A stretch of DNA of 56,150 nucleotides, filler included, from Stramenopiles sp. TOSAG23-2 (Eukaryota): assembly GCA_900128395.1 (NCBI GenBank). It is 4 parts of 4 records of this genome, joined end to end, with 100 filler letters (N's around TTAATTAATTAA, not from the genome) between each part and the next. Parts side by side here need not be neighbours in the genome. Positions count along the whole stretch, not along the records: positions 28,152 to 42,104 come from LT649778.1; positions 42,205 to 56,150 come from LT649779.1; 2 more parts are not named here. The stretch is one strand, 5' to 3'. The notes beneath the pieces were generated by a model. That model searched no databases. It was not told the origin of the DNA and worked only from the letters and a program-made list of their open reading frames with translations. The position numbers and the translations under genes were made by a program. Below are positions 33,491 through 42,771 of this stretch, piece after piece. Numbering within the stretch: position 1 is the stretch's first letter; the number at the start of each line of letters is the position of its first letter.

Positions 33491-34513
33491 ATGAGAATTT
33501 CGAAGATTGTTAGAAGACAATTACCACGTCGAAGTAATAATAAACAAACAATTATTAATAAAAATGAAAGATATTCTTCTTCTTCCATCCAAAAAACGAA
33601 AAGATATTATACAAGAATGTCACAATCAACCTCTAATATTTCTTCAAGGGTTAAACATATTTCTGAATTAAAAACATCACCATCACGATTGTTATATATT
33701 GGCTTAGCAATAATACCAACAACTATTTTGTTTGTAAATGAATGTGATGATATGAAATCAAAATCAATTGTACATGCTGGTTTCTTTGATAGTAATACTA
33801 GCAGTAAGTTGAAGAAGCAGTCGTTCCAAAAAGTCGATGGCATGTATGATAGTGGCAAGTGGGATGAATTGCATGAAAATATGACAGCAATTTATGAAAG
33901 TAGCGATAAAACGGACGCTGAGATAATTTGGAGATATGCTAGAGCAACGTATGAAATGTCAAAGAAGCCAGATGTGCAAAAAGATACAAAAAAGAAAAAT
34001 GCTTTTGTTTACGAAGCATTTGAAGCTATTAAATTAGGTTTAACAAATACGCCAAATCATTTTAAAATTCATTTATGGTATGGTATATTATTAAATTCAG
34101 TTGGAGAAATAGAAGGTAGTAGTGTGAAAATAAAAAATTTACCAACTGTTAAAGAACATTGGATCAAAGCAAGTAAATTAAATCCAAAAGATGGGACGGC
34201 ATTGAATTTATTGGGACGTTGGTGTAAGGGAATTGTTGAGATTGATTGGATTTCACGTCAAGTTGCAAATACAATCTTTGGCACAATCCCAACAACATCA
34301 TATGAAGAGGCATTATCTTTTTTCTTAAAAGCAGAAAATTTAGAACCTGGATTTTATTTATCAAACCAATTATCCATTGCACAATGCTTAATTGCTATGA
34401 AGCGCAAGGATGAAGCAAAAGAATGGTTATTAAATAGTTTAAACTTACCAGTTGTTACGGAAGAAGATAAAGCCGATCGTAAAGAGGTTGAGAAATTACT
34501 TGCTAAAATGTGA
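33491..34513 (+). CDS. RMDN1: Regulator of microtubule dynamics protein 1-like (TPR-like)
   Basis: Motifs AEIIWRYARA, HLWYGILL, KEHWIKA..LNPKD, LLGRWC, WISRQVA.TIFG..P..SYEEAL.FF.KAE..EPGFY. The Arg/Ser-rich N-terminus resembles a mitochondrial presequence. Alternative start at 33440. Confidence 0.85.
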   Translation: MRISKIVRRQLPRRSNNKQTIINKNERYSSSSIQKTKRYYTRMSQSTSNISSRVKHISELKTSPSRLLYIGLAIIPTTILFVNECDDMKSKSIVHAGFFDSNTSSKLKKQSFQKVDGMYDSGKWDELHENMTAIYESSDKTDAEIIWRYARATYEMSKKPDVQKDTKKKNAFVYEAFEAIKLGLTNTPNHFKIHLWYGILLNSVGEIEGSSVKIKNLPTVKEHWIKASKLNPKDGTALNLLGRWCKGIVEIDWISRQVANTIFGTIPTTSYEEALSFFLKAENLEPGFYLSNQLSIAQCLIAMKRKDEAKEWLLNSLNLPVVTEEDKADRKEVEKLLAKM

Positions 34514-34809
34514 ATGTTACTTTCGTATCATAACGAGTATATATAAATAATATCATACTTCGTACACAACAGTATAATTTTTACGAAGTATTTTTATAAT
34601 AAAATACTGGTGTTAAAATCATAAGTTATATTACGAGTAATAATTTTACTTCCCGTGGTAAATACGAATAATATCTACTTCGTACGAGCTCGTATCTAGA
34701 TACTTTTTTATACGAAGTAAATATATATAAATAATAATGTTTTGTTTTTATATAAAAATATTTTCTATTTTTACTATCATAAAAACAAAATACAAAATAT
34801 ATACGGTTG

Positions 34810-36597
34810 CTACCGAACAAAACCTAATGATATACCTCCAACGTCACATTTTAAATCAAGAGAATGTGTATACGCATTGTTGTCGTTACTACTCTCACAT
34901 CTAAATAATTCCCTCAATGTTTCAACACCACGTTTTGTACTAGTGTAACCTAACGTAAATTCATTTGTACCAAACCCTTCACATTTTAAATCATTGGATA
35001 AATAATGCATTTTATTATTATTACTTATACAACGATATACCGCTTTTACTGTATTTGTTGCATTCCATATATTGAACAACATAAATGGCCCATTTCTTCC
35101 ATCTTTAATGGAGCCATCTACACAAAATACTGAGGGGCCAGCTATACTATGACATACTTCTTTCCAACTATTACTACCATTGTTAATCAATTTATTTTTC
35201 TCGTTAATTGAATTTGTTATTAAACTATCACCATTTTTAGTATTAATTAATGAATATGCATTGTACCAAATTAATTTATCATATGTTGTGCAACATGGGG
35301 AAGATGGGCTATCTTTGCAGGTAATTTCTTTCTTATACATTTCAATGCACGAGACTGTTACATCCCATACTTTTGATCCACCTTCAACAGTGGGTTCAAT
35401 ATCACGTGAAAATTCTGCCCCATACGTATCAACCCATACATTATTTTTTTGAGGATCGTTGGGTAATCCCATATTATATGCTACATTGCTATGAAATACT
35501 GCTGGTTGCCTTCCACCAATATGTTCATTAAAAGAAGAGAGAAAAACATTTTCCGGACTATTACTCAATATCTTTTTAAATAACCGTTGCATTACTAAAC
35601 CGCGCATATGACCAGGCGAAGCAAATGGTAAAGAGCATTGCGTCAACATATATCCACCTGATGCAGATATCTCATCAACTTTACCATTCTTACTTGATGA
35701 ATATTGATTACAATCACCACCGGTGCCAATTTGAGATGTTGTAAAACCACCACTTGGTGTAACACATGCTGAGAAAAACCCCCAAACATCATTTTCATAA
35801 GTTGTTTCTCCAAACAATGCCCACATAACTACTGTGTTTATGTTGTTTCTACCACCATTTTTTTGGATCAAAGCATCTACTGTTGAATTATATTTGCCTT
35901 GACCTACTAAAAAAAATGTCAATTTGTTATTATCATTATTATTCTTATCATCATTTGACTTTTTGTGCCATATCAATTGTGCTCGAGTTTCATTATTATA
36001 AAAATGATCTAAAAGATATTGCCACATTGTTCCAGTACCGCTTGTAGCATTTACAAATGGGCTGCTTACCCATAATGCTATATCTGGTGTATTATACCCT
36101 TGTGAGCGTAATTCCAACCATTCTTCAAAAAGATTTTCCAAAGGGCGGATAATAGATACATCCGTGCTAGTCGGTCCAACAATTGGCCAATTTGTAATAT
36201 CAATAGCAATGTAATCAAACCCACCATTATATAGCATTTCAGCATGTTTTTTCAGCGTACTTTTTATATTCGGACAACTTGGCATGTACGTTTCATTGGA
36301 CGTTCGTGGTGAACATAGACAATAAAAACCTAATTTTGGTTGCACATTATAAATATCACGACATGATGTTGGTATTGGAAAGACATCATCCAATGTTTTA
36401 TTACCATTGCTCTGCAAAACTAGTTCGGTCGTTAACTGGGGATATCCATGACTCTTAACTTTTGCATATGAATCAGCAGCTCCACAATGCCAAATCTCAT
36501 ATAATATTCCAACAGATTTTGTTGTTGTTGTTGATAAAGCATTGGAAAAAATTGTTAGACATAATACTACCGGTATTACTATAATCTGTTTTAACAT
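34810..36597 (-). CDS. Secreted glycoside-hydrolase-like protein (GH99/GH71-like barrel) with C-terminal Cys-containing DUF5648-like domain
   Basis: Signal peptide. Motifs VGILYEIWH, PKLGFYC, HAEML..GGFDYIAIDITN, SSFNE and D.YGAEFSRDIEP. C-terminal YRC...HYLS.D..CEG...E..LGY. Confidence 0.6.
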   Translation of the reverse strand: MLKQIIVIPVVLCLTIFSNALSTTTTKSVGILYEIWHCGAADSYAKVKSHGYPQLTTELVLQSNGNKTLDDVFPIPTSCRDIYNVQPKLGFYCLCSPRTSNETYMPSCPNIKSTLKKHAEMLYNGGFDYIAIDITNWPIVGPTSTDVSIIRPLENLFEEWLELRSQGYNTPDIALWVSSPFVNATSGTGTMWQYLLDHFYNNETRAQLIWHKKSNDDKNNNDNNKLTFFLVGQGKYNSTVDALIQKNGGRNNINTVVMWALFGETTYENDVWGFFSACVTPSGGFTTSQIGTGGDCNQYSSSKNGKVDEISASGGYMLTQCSLPFASPGHMRGLVMQRLFKKILSNSPENVFLSSFNEHIGGRQPAVFHSNVAYNMGLPNDPQKNNVWVDTYGAEFSRDIEPTVEGGSKVWDVTVSCIEMYKKEITCKDSPSSPCCTTYDKLIWYNAYSLINTKNGDSLITNSINEKNKLINNGSNSWKEVCHSIAGPSVFCVDGSIKDGRNGPFMLFNIWNATNTVKAVYRCISNNNKMHYLSNDLKCEGFGTNEFTLGYTSTKRGVETLRELFRCESSNDNNAYTHSLDLKCDVGGISLGFVR

Positions 36598-36731
36598 TTT
36601 CTTGTTTTTTTGTTTGCAGTTGTTTCGTAAATATGATAATTAATAATCTTCTTTCCGTTATAATACGTATTGTACATTCATTTATGAAATTGTAGAAAAT
36701 ACCAACATGCCTATGGGCACAAAAAACATGT

Positions 36732-38426
36732 TTGTTCACGTTTGTATTCATATTATTAACAGCAACAACTTTAGCCTCAACTTCGATTACTACGAATGTT
36801 ACAAAATACAATGCTGGTGATTGGGTCGAAGTATCATGGGATTATAATGAATCAAACTATAGTGATTGTTGGATAGGATTGTTTGCACCTATTGATACCC
36901 CAAAAATGACAACTATTAAACCAGAAGGTGGTGTTTCCTCACAACCATATGTAAGCACTGCACCAATTAAATATATTTTTTGTAATCAAGGTGGTGGAAT
37001 GACAACTGGGAAAGGTCAGTTTAATTTTCACTTGACAAATAATTACCGTCAAGATGTTTTCTTTGCTATCTTTGAAGGTGGCCTTGCAACACCTACAGAA
37101 GTTACGCGTACAACAGCCATTGTTGCGGAAAATCCAAATGCACCAATGCATTTGCGACTTAGTTTAACAAAAAATGTAGGTGAAATGATGGTCGGATGGA
37201 CAGCAAAGTTACCAACTACAAATTTGATTGAATATGGTTATTCAAAAGATAACTTATCAAATAAAGGTATTGCAGAATATTCAGAAACATATGGCCGAGA
37301 AGATTTATGTGGTGCTCCTGGAAGTGGCAGTGGGTGGTTTGAACCTGGTTATGCATTTTATGCAATCATCCCACCATTAACGGAAGATGATGTAAAAGAA
37401 TGTTTCTATCGTGTTGGTAGTGATGAATCTGGTTGGTCGGAAATACAATCGTTCACACAAGAATCACCAGAAACATTAAATGCGCCACACAAACAGGTAA
37501 AAATACTTTTAACTGCAGATGTAGGTGCTACGGAACTAGATGGAAGTCATTACCATTGGGAAGAACCCAATGCATCTTCTACATATCGTTTGATGGCTGG
37601 TGCAAAAACTGGTGCAGATTTGGCAGTTCACATAGGCGATTTAGCATATGCCACTGGGTATGAATCGAAATGGGAAAACTTCATGCATCAAATAGAAGAT
37701 ATATCTGCATCGATGCCATATATGGTTGGTTTAGGTAATCATGAACGTGATTACCCAAATACAGGATCGACGGGAGGAACTGATAGCGGTGGTGAATGCG
37801 GTGTAGCAACACGCCATCGATTTCGAATGCCATCTCCTGATCCAGATTCCGATCAATTTTGGTATTCATTTGATATTTCAGGATTGGTACATATGGTCAT
37901 GCTTAACTCAGAGGTTCCAATGGGTGTAGGATCGGAACAATATATATTTCTTGATGAAGATTTACAAAATGTCAATCGAACCAACACACCTTGGGTAGTT
38001 GTCATGTATCACCGTGCAATGTATTTTGCATACCAAGGTGTTGGATATAATGTTTATGGCGATGGTGTACAAAATTTCGATGAAGTAGAAGCATTGTTAA
38101 TTAAACACGGTGTCGATCTTTGCTTATCTGGACATGTACATAATTTAATGGTTACTTGTCCTGTTAATAATGGCAAATGCGTTAAGCAAGGAGAAGCGCC
38201 AGTACATATCGTAGTAGGAAATGGTGGTCAAGATTTATCATTTTATCCAAATAAAACGGAAGTGCCAAAAGTTCCAGAATGGGTGGATTACAAATTAGCT
38301 AACTTTGGTTGGAATGAATTGCTTGTGAATAATTATGGAAAAGAATTGGTAGTAAATATGTATAGTGATAAAGATGATTCATTATATCATAGTGTCTTCT
38401 TCTTCGTCTTCCTCCTCCTCATCTGA
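36732..38426 (+). CDS. Purple acid phosphatase (plant PAP/nucleotide pyrophosphatase-like); start codon unresolved
   Basis: Metal-ligand motifs ADVG, GDLAYA, GNHERD, VMYHR and GHVH, plus DSGGECGV. A signal peptide is in frame but has no in-frame ATG. Confidence 0.9.
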   Translation: MFTFVFILLTATTLASTSITTNVTKYNAGDWVEVSWDYNESNYSDCWIGLFAPIDTPKMTTIKPEGGVSSQPYVSTAPIKYIFCNQGGGMTTGKGQFNFHLTNNYRQDVFFAIFEGGLATPTEVTRTTAIVAENPNAPMHLRLSLTKNVGEMMVGWTAKLPTTNLIEYGYSKDNLSNKGIAEYSETYGREDLCGAPGSGSGWFEPGYAFYAIIPPLTEDDVKECFYRVGSDESGWSEIQSFTQESPETLNAPHKQVKILLTADVGATELDGSHYHWEEPNASSTYRLMAGAKTGADLAVHIGDLAYATGYESKWENFMHQIEDISASMPYMVGLGNHERDYPNTGSTGGTDSGGECGVATRHRFRMPSPDPDSDQFWYSFDISGLVHMVMLNSEVPMGVGSEQYIFLDEDLQNVNRTNTPWVVVMYHRAMYFAYQGVGYNVYGDGVQNFDEVEALLIKHGVDLCLSGHVHNLMVTCPVNNGKCVKQGEAPVHIVVGNGGQDLSFYPNKTEVPKVPEWVDYKLANFGWNELLVNNYGKELVVNMYSDKDDSLYHSVFFFVFLLLI

Positions 38427-39568
38427 TAATAATAATAAAAAACAACGTACTATTAGGAGGAACCCAAAAGTAATAATCTCATTTAATGCAAATGGTCTTG
38501 CATCTAGATTATTTCAAAACATGGAAGCAATTGAAAAAATGTTGAAGAAAGAAAACCCTGATGTCATATGCATTCAAGAGTGTAAACTAGCAGCAGCTTG
38601 TGACAGTTCAAATGCTAAAAAGTACGATGGAAAACCACGTAGAAGAACTACATTAAATTCCTCTACAAAAAAAAGCAGGGAGGAAACAGACAACGTACGA
38701 AGAAAAATTAGGAGGTCAACTCTATCAAATTATGATGTGTATTGGTCTTTAAGTGATTGGAAATATGCAGGTACAGCAATATTCATTAAAAAAGACATTA
38801 AAATATTGTCTAAAAGATTTAATATACCATCAACAGTTGTTCGCAATTTTACTAGTAATAAAAAAAAACATCATAAAGATGGGCGTGTGATGATTTTTGA
38901 ATTTGAAAAATTTGTTCTGATGAATACATATGCCCCAAATAATGGTTGGGATGAAAGCACTTTTAATAGACGTCGAGAATGGGATGGCAATTTATTACAA
39001 GCAATGAAAGAAGGATTTAAAAATGAATATAACGACAAACCGTTGATATGGGTTGGGGATTTAAATGTATGCAAAACTGATGCAGATGCATCTGATATAC
39101 AATTTTACAGACATGGTATATATACTTACGATAAGAAATATAATATACCTAGAAATCTCAATGATAAGGGGCAGCCAGGGTGTACTAAAAATGAACAACA
39201 ACGATTTAAAGAAATAATTGATGCAGGTAATTTAATAGATACCTACCGTCACTTTCATAAAATTGGATCAGATGTGAAATCAGAAACTCAATGGTCATGG
39301 CGTGGTTCACCACCAGTTGTAAGGGCTACAGCACGTTATTATGGCAAAGGTATGAGGATTGATTATAATTTAGTTGATGTTAGATTATTGTCATATGTTA
39401 AAAGAAGTGATATACTTGGATATGGAAAAGAACGCAATGGCTTTTTAGGTTCTGATCATTCGCCCATTGTATTAGAATTAGATTGGTCAGATACAAAGAC
39501 GAAAGGTGATGATAATGATAATAGCAATAATGATAATAATAGCGGCAATGGTAAAAGTGAGGGTGGCG

Positions 39569-39599
<31 letters not shown>

Positions 39600-39612
39600 C
39601 AGTTGCAAATAA
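38374..39612 (+). CDS. AP endonuclease (ExoIII/EEP family), plant APE1L-like
   Basis: Motifs SFNANG, ICIQE, KYAGTA, DGRV, TYAPNNGW, WVGDLN, GQPG, MRIDY and GSDHSP. The 5' end overlaps the PAP gene. Confidence 0.9.
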
Positions 39613-39713
39613 GTGACTAGCTACATGATTTTACGTACACATTTTAAAAAGAACATACGCGTATTTATTGTGTCTCAAACACGGTATTCTCTTGAGAGTA
39701 GGAATTGTCATGG

Positions 39714-39744
<31 letters not shown>

Positions 39745-39860
39745 CAGTTGCAAATAAGTGACTAGCTACATGATTTTACGTACACATTTTAAAAAGAACA
39801 TACGCGTATTTATTGTGTCTCAAACACGGTATTCTCTTGAGAGTAGGAATTGTCATGGGT
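39571..39860. repeat. Tandem duplication, 2 x 145 bp, starting with an (AGT)n tract
   Basis: 39571..39715 is repeated at 39716..39860. It includes the APE stop codon. Confidence 0.92.
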
Positions 39861-39945
39861 ACAGAAATACGAAGTGTAATAAATTCAAACATGCGTACTT
39901 TATGCAATATAAAAAGAACATTTTTTTATGAATATCATATAATAA

Positions 39946-40277
39946 TACACGTACGAGTATGTTATAATATGCATACCAGATTTACTTTTTTGTATCTAGC
40001 TACGAGTATATATCATATATATTATTTTACAACTGTCAAATATTAAAACGGTATGTGATACATATCATACTACACACAAAATAAAAACTTATCATATTGT
40101 ACACATTATGTACACGTACGAGTATGTTATAATATGCATACCAGATTTACTTTTTTGTATCTAGCTACGAGTATATATCATATATATTATTTTACAACTG
40201 TCAAATATTAAAACGGTATGTGATACATATCATACTACACACAAAATAAAAACTTATCATATTGTACACATTATGTA
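39946..40277. repeat. Tandem duplication, 2 x ~165 bp
   Basis: The unit beginning tacacgtacgagtatg recurs at 39946 and 40111. Confidence 0.9.
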
Positions 40278-40334
40278 TCATACAAAGCATATATTGAGAT
40301 GAATATATAATTTATACATTACCTTGCATATTTT

Positions 40335-40335
<1 letters not shown>

Positions 40336-40367
<32 letters not shown>

Positions 40368-40665
40368 CAGTTGCAAATAAGTGACTAGCTATATAAAAAG
40401 AACATTTTTTTATGAATATCATGTACGTCTCGTATAATAATACACGTACGAGTATGTTATAATATGCATACCAGATTTACTTTTTTGTATCTAGCTATTA
40501 TATATCATATAATACTCGTATTATTTTACAACTTCAAATATTAAAACGGTATGATACATATCATACTACTACACACAAAATAAAAACTTATCATATTGTA
40601 CACATTATGTACAAAGCATATATTGAGATGAATATATAATTTATACATTACCTTGCATATTTTTT
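40336..40665. repeat. Divergent additional copy of the APE-TBP intergenic region
   Basis: Starts with (AGT)n-gcagttgcaaataagtgactagcta and ends ttaccttgcatattttt, as 39571..40335 does, with indels. Confidence 0.85.
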
Positions 40666-41592
40666 TAGAACATGATACATTTCATTGCAAATTTTTTGCA
40701 ATTGCTCTTTCGTCTGCCCATTTTTCATTAACATACGTCCATCGCTGAATATGATTAATGTTACATATTTCTTGCGTTTTAAAATCTTTGAATTATCTCC
40801 ACTGTTACTGTCATCAGTTGTATTGGTATTAATCTTACGATTTACTTCGACAGTATATGGATATTTGTAAACTAGATACGGAAACAATTCAGGGGCATAC
40901 CTACAGCGTTTATAATGATCATCATCAAATTCTAATCCTTCCAATTTAATAATACCAAGATCGTATTTCGTACTACCAGTTATGGATTTTAATCGAGGCA
41001 CTTTATGTTCTTCCTTTTCTAAAATAGTTTGCCCAGATTGTTTTACAATCAGTTTTATGTCCTTCGACGCTTCAGTTGCTTTCTGGACATTTGCACACTT
41101 TATAATGGTTAACATACCATTACTACTTAACAACACTTTCGCACCAGCTGGCTTTCTCAATTTCATTTTCAGCATACGTTCGTCATCTATACTACCATTC
41201 TTCGGATTTTTAGTGCCTCGTTTGTTATTATTCTTATTCTTATTCTTACTATTCTTACTATTATTATTATTATTATTATTGTTATTGCTATTATTGTTCT
41301 TCCTCTTGCCATTATATCTATTCTTAGATCTTGCTGGCTTAGAAGCATAGCTCTTATTATAATTATTAGATGAAATGTTACCATTGTTACTATCACCATT
41401 TTTACGCTTGCTTTTAGGTGTATACCATTGACACTTTCCTCTCTGCTTTAGATAAATTTTGTCTAAATTGACTACTGACGCAACTTTAGTCTCATATATT
41501 TTAGACCCATATGACACGTCAGGTATATCAGCATGAGTTAATTCTGCATATGGTTTTTTTGGTTGTTCCTGTGTTTGTTCAAACATATTCAT
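40648..41592 (-). CDS. Divergent TATA-binding-protein-like factor (TBP/TRF paralog)
   Basis: The second TBP repeat is clear (IKLEGL...CRYAPELFPYLVYK...LIIFSDGRMLM..GQTKEQL....NEMYHVLKKY). The first repeat is degenerate (VNLDKI...YTP...MKLRKPAGAKVLLSSNGML). Confidence 0.8.
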   Translation of the reverse strand: MNMFEQTQEQPKKPYAELTHADIPDVSYGSKIYETKVASVVNLDKIYLKQRGKCQWYTPKSKRKNGDSNNGNISSNNYNKSYASKPARSKNRYNGKRKNNNSNNNNNNNNNSKNSKNKNKNNNKRGTKNPKNGSIDDERMLKMKLRKPAGAKVLLSSNGMLTIIKCANVQKATEASKDIKLIVKQSGQTILEKEEHKVPRLKSITGSTKYDLGIIKLEGLEFDDDHYKRCRYAPELFPYLVYKYPYTVEVNRKINTNTTDDSNSGDNSKILKRKKYVTLIIFSDGRMLMKNGQTKEQLQKICNEMYHVLKKYAR

Positions 41593-41631
41593 CTTGATGA
41601 CGCTATTATTGATATATGTATACCTATTAAT

Positions 41632-41919
41632 TTGCTATATACGATGAGAGGAGACTATACAATGGAATGAAATGAGATACTGATAATAATAATACATGTA
41701 TGCCCGTATGCACACTTCGGATTTACTTTGTTTTTTTATTATTTTTTTTTTTTATTAGAGTTTCTTCTAGATTGCCAGATTGCCATATACGATGAGAGGA
41801 GACTATACAATGGAATGAAATGAGATACTGATAATAATATTATATGTATTCCCGTATGCACACTTCGGATTTACTTTGTTTTTATTATTTTTATTTTTTA
41901 TATTATTAGAGTTTCTAGA
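41632..41919. repeat. Imperfect tandem duplication, period ~148 bp, upstream of the TBP-like gene
   Basis: acgatgagaggagactatacaatggaatgaaatgagatactg occurs at 41641 and 41789, with SNPs and indels between the copies. Confidence 0.88.
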
Positions 41920-42104
41920 AGATTTGAATAATGCATATAAATGAATTTTTTGTTGTTGTTGTGAGAGTGTTGTTGGGTGGATTTAAGAAGACTTGATAGG
42001 AAACATATTATATGTAATATTTATACTTATTATAAGATACAATTTTTATTTCCGAGAGGATCCTCGTGTACTTCCACGCCCATATCGACTTCTACCACGG
42101 CTTG

Positions 42105-42204
42105 NNNNNNNNNNNNNNNNNNNNNNNNNNNNNNNNNNNNNNNNNNNNTTAATTAATTAANNNNNNNNNNNNNNNNNNNNNNNNNNNNNNNNNNNNNNNN
42201 NNNN
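42105..42204. other. Artificial contig-concatenation spacer
   Basis: N44-TTAATTAATTAA-N44. Confidence 0.98.
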
Positions 42205-42403
42205 GGAAGATGTATATTATGTACATTTTGACGTTCATCATTTGGTTGGTATAAAAAAAGAATACAATATATTTTGTTGATGTTATGTGTTTAAAAGCGA
42301 ATGCAAATAGATATAATATTTTTTATTGATGTATTAATAAACGATTAAAACGGTTGCAAAAGGTTTGTTTGGGTGGAGTGGGTTGTGTTGTTTCTTTTTT
42401 TTT

Positions 42404-42771
42404 TTTTTCGTGGGAAGGAGATTGATGATGATGTTATGATGAAATGGGAACATGACGGGTTTTTTTTTCTTTGGAGGGTATAAATTATAATATGAATATA
42501 TTATGAAATATTTTTAAAATATAAAACCCTCTTTATAAGTCACACACACACACGGCTGACATATTTTACACCTCAAGCCCTCTTATTTTTCGTGGGAAGG
42601 AGATTGATGATGATGTTGTTATGATGAAATGGGAACATGAAGGGTTTTTTTATTTTTTGGAGGGTATAAATTATAATATGAATATTATTATGAAATATTT
42701 TTAAAATATAAAACCTTCTTTATAAGTCACACACACACACGGCTGACATATTTTACACCTCAAGCCCTCTT
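42404..42771. repeat. Imperfect tandem duplication, period ~182 bp (mannosidase 3' flank)
   Basis: cgtgggaaggagattgatgatg occurs at 42409 and 42591. Both copies end in cctcaagccctctt, the mannosidase stop region. Confidence 0.88.

Noticed and set aside
28785..34513. Kinesin-14 next to RMDN1 as a microtubule gene cluster
   Set aside because: Two adjacent genes in a compact genome are not evidence of a functional cluster without conserved synteny.
36684..36695. TAG reassignment or readthrough to explain the PAP start
   Set aside because: TAG terminates other genes at sensible ends (17344, 34810), and long genes show no internal stops.
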